From: Mycolicibacterium smegmatis
Lineage (GTDB): Bacteria > Actinomycetota > Actinomycetes > Mycobacteriales > Mycobacteriaceae
Assembly (NCBI RefSeq): GCF_001457595.1
Contig: NZ_LN831039.1
Span: forward strand, 2,070,001-2,102,000
Length of the DNA: 32,000 nucleotides
Direction: 5' to 3'
The notes under the pieces: generated by a model
The model's database searches: none
Told to the model about the DNA's origin: nothing
Seen by the model: the letters and a program-made list of their open reading frames with translations, nothing else
Shown here: positions 9,917-19,400 of the stretch, one piece after another
Layout: each line of letters opens with the position of its first letter
Numbering within the stretch: position 1 is the first letter of the stretch
Program-made: the position numbers and the translations under genes

Positions 9917-11107
9917 GTGTCCGCGAATTTGGATGTGTCGTTACCGCCACTGGTTGAGCCGGCCGACGAGCTGACCAGGGAAGAGGTGGCGCGCTACAGC
10001 CGGCACCTGATCATTCCGGATCTGGGGCTGGACGGGCAGAAACGGCTCAAGAACGCCAAGGTGCTGGTGATCGGTGCGGGCGGGCTCGGCTCGCCGACGC
10101 TGCTGTATCTGGCCGCGGCCGGGGTGGGCACCATCGGCATCGTCGAGTTCGACGTCGTCGACGAGTCCAACCTGCAGCGCCAGATCATCCACGGCCAGTC
10201 CGACATCGGGCGGTCCAAGGCGCAGAGCGCGCGAGACTCGATCGCCGAGATCAACCCGCTGGTGACGGTCAACCTGCACGAGTTCCGGCTCGAACCGGAC
10301 AACGCCGTCGACCTGTTCGGCCAGTACGACCTGATCCTCGACGGCACCGACAACTTCGCCACGCGGTATCTGGTCAACGACGCGGCCGTGCTCGCGGGTA
10401 AGCCGTACGTGTGGGGTTCGATCTACCGGTTCGAGGGCCAGGTGTCGGTGTTCTGGGAGGACGCCCCCGACGGCCTCGGCCTGAACTACCGCGATCTGTA
10501 CCCCGAGCCGCCGCCACCGGGAATGGTGCCGTCGTGCGCCGAAGGTGGCGTGCTGGGCATCCTGTGCTCGTCGATCGCCTCGATCATGGGCACCGAGGCG
10601 ATCAAGCTCATCACCGGAATCGGTGAACCGCTGCTGGGTCGTCTCATGGTCTACGACGCGCTCGACATGACCTACCGCACGATCCGCATCCGCAAGGATC
10701 CGTCGACGCCGAAGATCACCGAACTCATCGACTACGAGGAGTTCTGTGGTGTGGTCTCCGACGAGGCCGCCGCTGCGGCCGCCGACTCCACGGTCACCCC
10801 GCGTGAGCTCAAGGAACTGCTGGACTCCGGAAAGCCGTTGGCGCTGATCGACGTCCGCGAGCGCGTCGAATGGGACATCAACCACATCGAGGGTGCCGAG
10901 CTGATCCCCAAGCCCACCTTCGAGTCCGGCGCGGCGCTGGCCAAGCTGCCGACCGACCGCACGCCGGTGTTCTACTGCAAGACCGGCGTCCGTTCGGCCG
11001 AGGTTCTCGCGATCGCCAAGAAGGCCGGATTCTCCGATGCGGTGCATCTGCAGGGCGGCATCGTGGCATGGGCGAAACAGCTCGAGCCCGACATGGTCAT
11101 GTACTAG
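9917..11107 (+). CDS. moeZ: MoeZ/MoeB adenylyltransferase-sulfurtransferase with C-terminal rhodanese domain
   Basis: RYSRHLIIPDLGLDGQKRLKNAKVLVIGAGGLGSP E1-like domain; rhodanese active-site Cys in FYCKTGVRSAEV. Confidence 0.93.
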   Translation: MSANLDVSLPPLVEPADELTREEVARYSRHLIIPDLGLDGQKRLKNAKVLVIGAGGLGSPTLLYLAAAGVGTIGIVEFDVVDESNLQRQIIHGQSDIGRSKAQSARDSIAEINPLVTVNLHEFRLEPDNAVDLFGQYDLILDGTDNFATRYLVNDAAVLAGKPYVWGSIYRFEGQVSVFWEDAPDGLGLNYRDLYPEPPPPGMVPSCAEGGVLGILCSSIASIMGTEAIKLITGIGEPLLGRLMVYDALDMTYRTIRIRKDPSTPKITELIDYEEFCGVVSDEAAAAAADSTVTPRELKELLDSGKPLALIDVRERVEWDINHIEGAELIPKPTFESGAALAKLPTDRTPVFYCKTGVRSAEVLAIAKKAGFSDAVHLQGGIVAWAKQLEPDMVMY

Positions 11108-11143
11108 CGGCTGGTTTGCGGGCTCACCGCTTAGGCTGAGCGT

Positions 11144-11998
11144 GTGAGTGTGGAACGACCGCCGGAGCATGTGCTGGCGGCGTTCGGCCTGTCCGGGGTG
11201 CGCCCGGTACCGCTCGGCTCAAGCTGGGAGGGTGGCTGGCGCTGCGGCGAAGTTGTGATGTCGATGGTCGCCGATCACGCCAGGGCGGCGTGGTCGGCGA
11301 AAGTACGGGAGACGTTGTTCGTCGACGGTGTCCGCCTCGCGCGGCCCGTACGGTCCACCGACGGGCGTTACGTCGTCGCCGGTTGGCGCGCCGACACGTT
11401 CGTCGCCGGGACACCCGAACCACGGCATGACGAGGTCGTCTCGGCGGCCGTACGCCTGCACGAGGCCACGGCCAAGCTCGAACGACCCCGCTTTTTGACC
11501 CAACCGCCGGTCGCGCCGTGGGCCGACGTCGACGTGTTCATCGCCGCCGACCGCGCGGCATGGGAAGAGCGGCCGCTGCATTCGTTGCCGCAGGGCGCGC
11601 GCGTCGCACCGGGGTCGGCCGACGGCCAGAAGTCCATCGAGCTGATCAACCAGCTCGCGACGCTGCGCAAGCCCACCAAGAGCGCCAGCCAGCTGGTGCA
11701 CGGGGACCTCTACGGCACAGTGCTTTTCGCCGGGGCCGCCGCGCCCGGCATCACCGACATCACGCCCTACTGGCGCCCGGCCTCCTGGGCGGCGGGCGTC
11801 GTCGTGGTCGACGCACTGTCGTGGGGCGACGCCGACGACGGCCTCATCGAACGCTGGGACTCGCTGCCCGAATGGCCGCAGATGCTGCTGCGGGCATTGA
11901 TGTTCCGACTCGCCGTACACGCACTGCACCCGCGCTCCACCGCGGCGGCCTTCCCGGGGCTTGCCCGTACGGCGTCCCTGGTGCGTTTGATCCTGTAG
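11144..11998 (+). CDS. TIGR02569-like conserved actinobacterial protein (Rv3205c-like)
   Basis: GTG start; MSVERPPEHVLAAFGLSGVRPVPLGSSWEGGWRCGEVV...LVHGDLYGTVLFAG, aminoglycoside phosphotransferase-like HGDL motif. Confidence 0.75.
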   Translation: MSVERPPEHVLAAFGLSGVRPVPLGSSWEGGWRCGEVVMSMVADHARAAWSAKVRETLFVDGVRLARPVRSTDGRYVVAGWRADTFVAGTPEPRHDEVVSAAVRLHEATAKLERPRFLTQPPVAPWADVDVFIAADRAAWEERPLHSLPQGARVAPGSADGQKSIELINQLATLRKPTKSASQLVHGDLYGTVLFAGAAAPGITDITPYWRPASWAAGVVVVDALSWGDADDGLIERWDSLPEWPQMLLRALMFRLAVHALHPRSTAAAFPGLARTASLVRLIL

Positions 11999-12013
11999 AG
12001 GTCCACTACCTCT

Positions 12014-12075
12014 CGCGAGCAGACGCAAACTTGCCGGTTTTCCTGCCATTTCGGGCAGTTTTGTGACTGCTCGCG
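12014..12075. terminator. Inverted repeat in convergent intergenic spacer, possible bidirectional terminator or dispersed palindromic element
   Basis: CGCGAGCAG (12014-12022) and its perfect reverse complement CTGCTCGCG (12067-12075) flank a 44-nt centre between two convergent genes. Confidence 0.5.
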
Positions 12076-12372
12076 CTAGAAGATGTGACGGTACTCGCGC
12101 AACGGGACACGGCCGTCGGTGGCCAGAACACCCTCGGCGCGCAGGCGTTCGAGCTGGCGGGTCGCCAGATGCGGTGCGGGTCGCCCCGACGCGGGAACCA
12201 CCCGGTGCCACGGCAGATCAGACGAGTCGGTGCGCATGATCCACCCGACGATGCGCGGACTCGACAGCCCGGCCACCTCGGCGATGTCGCCGTAGGTCGA
12301 CACCGTCCCTGGTGGGATCGCCGCGACCAGCGCGCGGACCGCCTCCACCTGTTCCTCGGTGACGCGCGCCAT
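12076..12372 (-). CDS. Alkyltransferase-like (ATL) protein, MGMT-fold, Cys-less active site (Rv3204-like)
   Basis: 98 aa; GTVSTYGDIAEVAGLSSPRIVGWIMRT...LPWHRVVPASGR: PWHRV replaces the catalytic PCHRV. Confidence 0.88.
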   Translation of the reverse strand: MARVTEEQVEAVRALVAAIPPGTVSTYGDIAEVAGLSSPRIVGWIMRTDSSDLPWHRVVPASGRPAPHLATRQLERLRAEGVLATDGRVPLREYRHIF

Positions 12373-12373
12373 C

Positions 12374-13147
12374 TCAGCCCAGCTGCCGGCGGATCAACTC
12401 GGCGGTCTCGGCGGGTTTGGCCTGAGCCACCATGTGGTCGCAGTCCCAGTCCAGCAGCGTGAACTTCGAGCCCAGCCGGTCGGTCAGCCCGTCGATGAGC
12501 GCGTCGGCCACGAACGGTGGACGGCAGCGTTTCGCCCGCACCAGCACCGTCGGGATCGGATTGTGCGGCAGCACAACCGGGCGCGCGAGCTCACTCCAGT
12601 ACGACATCGCCGCCGGGATGCTGATGCGCCAGCCGACGCGGCCCTCACCCACCTCGACGAGATGTTCGTCGAGCTCACGTTCGACCTCGGCGGGATCCAC
12701 CTCACCCCACGACCCGTTGACCTTGTCCAGGCGTGCCTCCTCGCGGTCGGGGTAGTCCGGCGAGGACAGCATGTCGTCGGCGATGTCACGCATCCACTCT
12801 CCGTCCAGCCCGATCGCCGGGTCGAGCAGCACCAGACCGCTCACCAGATCCGGGTGCGCGGCACTCAGATTCAGCGCCAGCGCACCGCCGAACGAATGTC
12901 CCACCACGAGCGTCGGGCGATCCAGCAGCGCCGCGAGCGCGGCGACGTTGGCGTCGATCGTCCATGGCGCCGCCCACGACGACCGGCCGTGGCCGATCAG
13001 ATCGGGCGCGAGGACGCCGACCTCGGGCAGATGTTCGGTCGCCAGGGTCTGCCAGCGTTGACCGTGACCGGTCAGACCGTGGATGAGCAGAACCTGCGCA
13101 GCGCCGGCAGGGCCGTAACGGTGGACATGGAGCACGTCTGTCGCCAT
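12374..13147 (-). CDS. lipV: Alpha/beta hydrolase (LipV-like, Rv3203-like)
   Basis: VLLIHGLTGHGQRW; nucleophile elbow VVGHSFGGALA; C-terminal DWDCDHMV. Confidence 0.85.
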   Translation of the reverse strand: MATDVLHVHRYGPAGAAQVLLIHGLTGHGQRWQTLATEHLPEVGVLAPDLIGHGRSSWAAPWTIDANVAALAALLDRPTLVVGHSFGGALALNLSAAHPDLVSGLVLLDPAIGLDGEWMRDIADDMLSSPDYPDREEARLDKVNGSWGEVDPAEVERELDEHLVEVGEGRVGWRISIPAAMSYWSELARPVVLPHNPIPTVLVRAKRCRPPFVADALIDGLTDRLGSKFTLLDWDCDHMVAQAKPAETAELIRRQLG

Positions 13148-13162
13148 GCCACTGATGCTGCC

Positions 13163-13247
13163 ACTCCGCTACTTGTCGGGCTCGTCGCTCCAATCCACTC
13201 CGCTACTTGTCGGGCTCGTCGCTCCAATCCACTCCGCTACTTGTCGG
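13163..13247. repeat. 34-bp direct tandem repeat, 2.5 copies, in the lipV-adnA divergent spacer
   Basis: ACTCCGCTACTTGTCGGGCTCGTCGCTCCAATCC at 13163-13196 and 13197-13230 (identical), then the first 17 nt again at 13231-13247. Confidence 0.97.
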
Positions 13248-13270
13248 TGCCCTCTGGTGTCATTCACCTC

Positions 13271-16200
13271 ATGACCACACGCCCCGCCGAGTCCGCACCG
13301 CAGACCGCCTCTACGCTCCTCGAGCCGGGGAGCAACGGTGTCGTGCGCCTGCTGGGCGGGCCGGGGACCGGCAAGAGCTCGCTGCTGGTCGACACCGCCG
13401 TGCAGCACATCCTGGCCGGTGCCGACCCGGAATCGGTTCTTCTGCTGACCGGTTCGGCACGCCTGCGCACCGCGGCACGTGCCGCGATCACCGCGCGGCT
13501 GCTCGGCGCCGGAACCGTCGGTGTGGTCCGTGAACCGCTCGTGCGCACCGTGCACTCGTACGCGTTCGCGGTCCTGCGGCTGGCGGCCCAGCGCAACGGC
13601 GACCCGCCACCGCGCCTGATCACCAGCGCCGAACAGGACGGCATCATCCGCGAGCTGCTGGCCGGCGACCTCGAGGACGGTCACCGCTCGCCCGTCGGCT
13701 GGCCTGAACAGCTGTGGCCCGCGCTGACCACCGCGGGGTTCGCCACCGAGTTGCGCGACCTGATGGCACGCTGCACCGAACGCGGTGTGGATCCGATTGC
13801 GCTGCAACGCCTCGGACGCACAGCCAAGCGCCCCGAGTGGCTGGCAGCGGGCCGCTTCGCGCAGGCCTACGAGCAGATCATGCTGCTGCGGTCGGCCGTG
13901 GGCATGGCCGCGCCGCAGGCCACCGTCCCCGCCCTGGGTGCCGCCGAACTGGTCGGCGCCGCGCTGGAGGCCCTCGGCGCCGACGACGAACTGCTCGACA
14001 CCGAACGCAACCGCATCAAGCTGCTGTTGGTCGACGACGCCCAGCACCTCGACCCGCAGGCCGCGCGGCTGGTGCGGGCGCTGGCGGCGGGCACCGGGCT
14101 CACGGTGATCGCAGGTGATCCCGACCAGTCGGTGTTCGGGTACCGCGGCGCCGATCCGGTGCTGCTGCGCGACGACACCCACCCGGCCATCACCCTGACG
14201 CAGTCCTACCGTTGCGCGCCCGAGATCGCGTCGGCCATCACGGGTCTGGGCCAGCGCCTGCCCGGCGTCAGCGACACGCGGCACTGGACCGGCAACCCGC
14301 AGCGCGAGGGCACGGTGACGGTGCGGCTGGCCGCCTCCACACACGCCGAAGGCACGATGATCGCCGACGCGCTGCGACGCGCCCACCTGGTCGACGGCAT
14401 TCCCTGGTCGCAGATGGCGGTGATCGTGCGGTCGGTGCCGCGGGTCGGCACGGCCCTCGCCCGCGCGCTGACCGCGGCCGGTGTGCCCGTGCAGGACAAC
14501 GGCACCGACGTGCCGGTCGGCCGGCAGCCCGCTGCCGCGGCGCTGCTGACGGTGCTCGACGTGACCGCGACGGGTCACCTGGACGCCGACAGCGCGGTCG
14601 CGCTGCTCACCGGTCCCATCGGGCGCGTCGACCCGGTCACCCTGCGCCAGTTGCGGCGCGCGTTGCGCCGCGCCGACGGCTCCCAGCCACCACGGGATTT
14701 CGGCGACCTGCTGGTCGACGCCATCGAGCGCGAGCCGAAGGGGTTGTCGGCCGAGCACGCTCGGACGCTGCGGCGGTTGCGCGCGGTCCTCACCGCGGCG
14801 CGCCGCAGCGACGCCTCCGGCGCGGATCCGCGCTACACGCTGTGGCAGGCCTGGCACGCCAGCGGGCTGCAGCGGCGCTGGCTCGCGGCCAGTGAGCGCG
14901 GCGGCAGCGTCGGTGCGCAGGCCGATCGCGATCTCGACGCGGTCACGACGCTGTTCGACGTGGCCGATCAGTATGTCAACCGCACGGCAGGCGCCTCCCT
15001 GCGCGGGTTGGTCGACCATGTGACGCGCCTGGGCGCGGCGGTGGCCAGGACCGAACCCGAAACCGCCGCCGAAGCCGTCGCGGTGCTCAGCGTGCACGGC
15101 GCGCTGGCAGGCGAATGGGACTTCGTGGTGATCGCCGGTGTCCAGGAAGGTCTGTGGCCCAACATGATCCCCCGCGGCGGGGTGTTGGGCACCCAGCATC
15201 TCGTCGACGTCCTCGACGGGGTGGCCGACATGACCGACCGCACGGTGTCCACGCGGGCGCCACTGGTCGCCGAGGAACGCCGCCTGCTGATGGCGGCGAT
15301 GGGCCGTGCACGGACCCGGGTGATGATCACCGCGGTCGACAGCGACACCGGTGACGAATCGCTGCTGCCGTCGCCGTTCTGCGCCGAGATCTCCGCATGG
15401 GCGACCGAACCGGTGGCCGAACCGCCGCTGGTCGCCCCGCGGGTGCTGGCCCCCTCGGCGCTCGTCGGCCGGCTGCGCGCGGTGGTGTGCGCACCCGACG
15501 GCGCGGTCGATGACGACGCACGGGCCTGCGCGGCAGCGCAATTGGCCCGGCTGGCGGCCGCGGGCGTGCCCGGTGCGGACCCGTCGCAGTGGCATGCCAT
15601 GACCTCGCTGACCACCGAGGAACCGCTGTGGTCGGAACCCGGGCATGTGGTCACGCTGTCCCCGTCGACGCTGCAGATGCTCACCGACTGCCCGCTGCGC
15701 TGGCTGCTGGAGCGCCACGGCGGCGACGACGGCCGCGATGTCCGGTCGACGGTGGGCTCGTTGGTGCACGCGCTGGTCTCCGAGCCGGGCAAGACCGAGA
15801 GCCAGCTGGTCAACGAGCTCGAAAAGGTCTGGGACGACCTGCCGTACGACGCCAAGTGGTACTCGGACAACGAGCTGGCGCGCCACCGCGCGATGCTGGA
15901 GACGTTCACGCGGTGGCGCGAGGACACCCGGCGTCAACTCACCGAGGTCGCCACCGAGATCCCCGTCGAGGGCATCGTCGTCGAACCGGGGGAGAACACC
16001 CCGGGCGTGCGGGTCCGTGGTCGGTTGGACCGGTTGGAGCGCGACGAGGCGGGCCGACTGGTGGTCGTCGACCTGAAGACCGGCAAGAGTCCGGTGACCA
16101 AGGACGACGCGCAGAACCACGCCCAGCTGGCGATGTACCAACTCGCCGTCGCCGCGGGCCTTCTCGACGACGGTGACGAACCCGGCGGCGGCAAGCTGGT

Positions 16201-16408
16201 CTACCTGGGCAAGGCCGGCGCGGCAGGCGCCACCGAGCGTGAGCAGGATCCGCTGACCCCGGACAAGCGCGCCGAGTGGCTCGAGACCGTGGGAGAGGCC
16301 GCCGCCGCGACGGCGGGCCCGCGGTTCGTGGCGCGGGTCAACAACGGCTGCGCCAACTGCCCGGTGCGCTCCAGTTGCCCGGCCCAGGCCAATGGGGACC
16401 GGCCGTGA
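13271..16408 (+). CDS. adnA: AdnA subunit of the AdnAB DSB-resecting helicase-nuclease
   Basis: ATG 13271 gives 1045 aa. Walker A GGPGTGKSS; C-terminal RecB-type nuclease DLKTGKSPV and HAQLAMYQLA; C-terminal Fe-S-type cysteines NNGCANCPVRSSCP. Confidence 0.95.
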   Translation: MTTRPAESAPQTASTLLEPGSNGVVRLLGGPGTGKSSLLVDTAVQHILAGADPESVLLLTGSARLRTAARAAITARLLGAGTVGVVREPLVRTVHSYAFAVLRLAAQRNGDPPPRLITSAEQDGIIRELLAGDLEDGHRSPVGWPEQLWPALTTAGFATELRDLMARCTERGVDPIALQRLGRTAKRPEWLAAGRFAQAYEQIMLLRSAVGMAAPQATVPALGAAELVGAALEALGADDELLDTERNRIKLLLVDDAQHLDPQAARLVRALAAGTGLTVIAGDPDQSVFGYRGADPVLLRDDTHPAITLTQSYRCAPEIASAITGLGQRLPGVSDTRHWTGNPQREGTVTVRLAASTHAEGTMIADALRRAHLVDGIPWSQMAVIVRSVPRVGTALARALTAAGVPVQDNGTDVPVGRQPAAAALLTVLDVTATGHLDADSAVALLTGPIGRVDPVTLRQLRRALRRADGSQPPRDFGDLLVDAIEREPKGLSAEHARTLRRLRAVLTAARRSDASGADPRYTLWQAWHASGLQRRWLAASERGGSVGAQADRDLDAVTTLFDVADQYVNRTAGASLRGLVDHVTRLGAAVARTEPETAAEAVAVLSVHGALAGEWDFVVIAGVQEGLWPNMIPRGGVLGTQHLVDVLDGVADMTDRTVSTRAPLVAEERRLLMAAMGRARTRVMITAVDSDTGDESLLPSPFCAEISAWATEPVAEPPLVAPRVLAPSALVGRLRAVVCAPDGAVDDDARACAAAQLARLAAAGVPGADPSQWHAMTSLTTEEPLWSEPGHVVTLSPSTLQMLTDCPLRWLLERHGGDDGRDVRSTVGSLVHALVSEPGKTESQLVNELEKVWDDLPYDAKWYSDNELARHRAMLETFTRWREDTRRQLTEVATEIPVEGIVVEPGENTPGVRVRGRLDRLERDEAGRLVVVDLKTGKSPVTKDDAQNHAQLAMYQLAVAAGLLDDGDEPGGGKLVYLGKAGAAGATEREQDPLTPDKRAEWLETVGEAAAATAGPRFVARVNNGCANCPVRSSCPAQANGDRP

Positions 16409-19400
16409 CGCAGGTAGCATCGCCCGTCGTGCAGGCGCGATACAGCCCGGTCGAGCTCTCGGCGGCCCTCGGGCTTTTCCCGCCCACCGATGAACAGGCC
16501 GCGGTGATCGCCGCGCCGCCAGGGCCGCTGGTCGTGATCGCCGGTGCCGGTGCGGGCAAGACCGAGACCATGGCTGCGCGCGTGGTGTGGTTGGTGGCCA
16601 ACGGGTTCGCCACGCCGTCGCAGGTGCTGGGTCTGACATTCACGCGCAAGGCCGCCGGTCAGCTGCTGCGCCGGGTCCGCACGCGGCTCGCGCGTCTGGC
16701 CGGTGCCGGACTGGCACCGGGCTCGGGTGCGTCCGACGAATCGGCGACCGTCAGCACCTACCACGCGTTCGCGGGAACCCTGCTGCGTGAGCACGGCCTG
16801 TTGCTGCCCGTCGAACCCGACACCCGGCTGCTCAGCGAGACCGAGCTGTGGCAGCTGGCCTACGACGTGGTGTGTGCCCACCCCGGACACCTCGACACCG
16901 AGAAGACCCCGGCGGCCGTCACCGCGATGGTGTTGCGGCTCTCGGGCGCACTCGCCGAGCATCTCGTGGACACCGACCAGTTGCGGGACACACACGTCGA
17001 ACTGGAGCGACTGGTCCACACCCTGCCCGCCGGGCCGTATCAGCGTGACCGCGGGCCCAGCCAGTGGCTGCTGCGCATGCTCGCCACCCAAACCGAGCGC
17101 ACCGAACTGGTGCCGCTCATCGACGCGCTGCACCAGCGCATGCGCGCCGAGAAGGTCATGGACTTCGGCATGCAGATGGCCGCGGCCGCACGCTTGGCGG
17201 CGCGGTTCCCGCAGGTGGGCGAGCAACTGCGGCAGCGCTTTCGCGTGGTGCTGCTCGACGAGTACCAGGACACCGGCCACGCGCAGCGCATCGCGTTGTC
17301 GTCGTTGTTCGGCGGCGGTGCCGACGACGGTCTCGCGCTCACCGCGGTGGGCGATCCGATCCAGTCGATCTACGGCTGGCGCGGGGCCTCGGCGACCAAC
17401 CTGCCGCGGTTCACCACCGATTTCCCGTACTCCGACGGCACCCCCGCGCCGACGCTGGAGCTGCGGACCAGTTGGCGCAACCCGCCCAGCACGCTGCACG
17501 TGGCCAACGCGGTCTCCGAGGAAGCGCGCCGCCGCTCGGTGGCCGTCCGCGCACTGCGGCCCCGGCCCGACGCCGAACCTGGCACGATCCGCTGCGCGTT
17601 GCTGAACAACGTCGCCGCCGAACGCGACTGGGTCGCAGACCATCTCGCCCGTGCCTACCACGGCGCCATCGGACGCGGCGAGGCCGCGCCCACCGCGGCG
17701 GTGCTCGTGCGGCGCAACGCCGACGCCGCGCCGATGGCCGAGGCGCTCACCGCGCGTGGCGTTCCCGTCGAGGTCGTCGGTGTCGCCGGGCTGCTCGCCG
17801 TGCCCGAGGTCGCCGACCTGGTGGCGATGCTGCGGCTGATCGCCGACCCGACCGCCGGCTCGGCGGTCATGCGGATCCTCACCGGTCCGCGCTGGCGGTT
17901 CGGTGCCCGTGACATCGCCGCGCTGTGGCGGCGTGCCGTCGAACTCGACGACCGGCCGAAAGGCGAACTGGGCACGGCGGACATCGTCGCGCAGGCCGCA
18001 CCCGACGCCGACTCCGCGTGCCTGGCCGACGCGATCTGCGACCCGGGAGATGCCGAACGGTATTCGCCTGCCGGGTACCAGCGCATCGTCGCGCTGGGAC
18101 GTGAACTCACCATGCTGCGCGCGCACCTGGGCCATCCGCTGCCGGAACTGGTCGCCGAGGTGCGCCGCGTGCTGGGCCTGGACGCCGAGGCCCGCGCCGT
18201 ACGCCCCGTCGCGGCCGGGTGGGCAGGCACCGAGAACCTCGACCGGTTCAGCGATCTGGTGTCCGATTTCGCCGGCCACGCAAGCGCCTCGGTATCGGCG
18301 TTGCTCGCCTACCTCGATGCCGCGGTGGAGGTCGAGAACGGTCTGGCCCCAGCGGAGCTCACGGTGTCGCACGACCGCGTGCAGATCCTCACCGTCCACG
18401 CGGCCAAGGGACTGGAATGGCAGGTGGTGGCGGTGCCGCACCTGAGTGCCCGGGTGTTCCCGTCGACCACCCAGGCGCGGACATGGCTGACCGATGCCTC
18501 CGACCTGCCGCCGCTGCTGCGCGGTGACCGTGCCACCGAGTCCGAGATCGGCGTCCCGGTTCTGGACACGTCTGACATCTACGACCGGAAAATCCTGTCC
18601 GACAAGATCTCTGACCACAAGAAGAGCCTGGATCAGCGGCGGGTGGATGAAGAGCGTCGGCTGCTGTACGTCGCGATCACCCGTGCGGAGGACACGCTGC
18701 TGCTGTCCGGGCATCACTGGGGCGCCACCGAGAGCAAACCGCGCGGGCCCTCGGAGTTCCTGTGCGAGCTGAAGACCATCCTGGAAGAGGCCACGGCAGC
18801 GGGTACGCCGTGCGGTGAGATCGAGCACTGGGCACCGGATCCCGCACCGGGCGAGACCAATCCACTGCGCGATCAGGTGGTCGAGGCGCTGTGGCCGCCG
18901 GTGGCCTCCGCCGATGACCATGTGCACCGCGGTGCGCAACTGGTCGCCGCCGCGATGGCCGGTGAGGTGAGCGCCGAGGCCGATCAGGAGGGCTGGGCCG
19001 CCGACGTCGACGCACTGCTGGCCGAACGCGAGCGCCCACCGCAACAGGAGGACACCGAACTGCCGGGTCAGCTGTCGGTGAGCACCCTGGTCGAACTCAG
19101 CCGTGACCCGAAGGCCGCGCTGACGCGGCTGCGGCGCCGCCTACCGCAACGGCCTGATCCACATGCCCTGCTGGGCACCACATTCCACGAGTGGGTGCAG
19201 CGCTACTTCCATGCCGAGCGCCTCTTCGACCTCGACGACCTTCCCGGTGCGGTCGACAGTGACAGCGGACGCGCCGTCGAGGAGAGCCTGGCCGAACTGC
19301 AGGACGCGTTCGTCAAATCCCCGTGGGCCGCGCGCACCCCGGTGGAGGTCGAGGTGCCGTTCGACATGGTGCTCGGCGAGACCGTCGTGCGGGGCCGCAT

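Noticed and set aside
13163-13247. Possible CRISPR array
   Set aside because: Units are directly contiguous 34-bp tandem copies with no variable spacers and no cas genes in the window.
13169-16639. 1156-aa minus-strand ORF antisense to adnA
   Set aside because: Shadow ORF of high-GC coding DNA; composition (Arg/His/Gly/Ala-rich), no recognisable motifs, and the sense frame is clearly AdnA.
16201-19044. 947-aa minus-strand ORF antisense to adnB
   Set aside because: Same GC-rich antisense artefact; no domain motifs.
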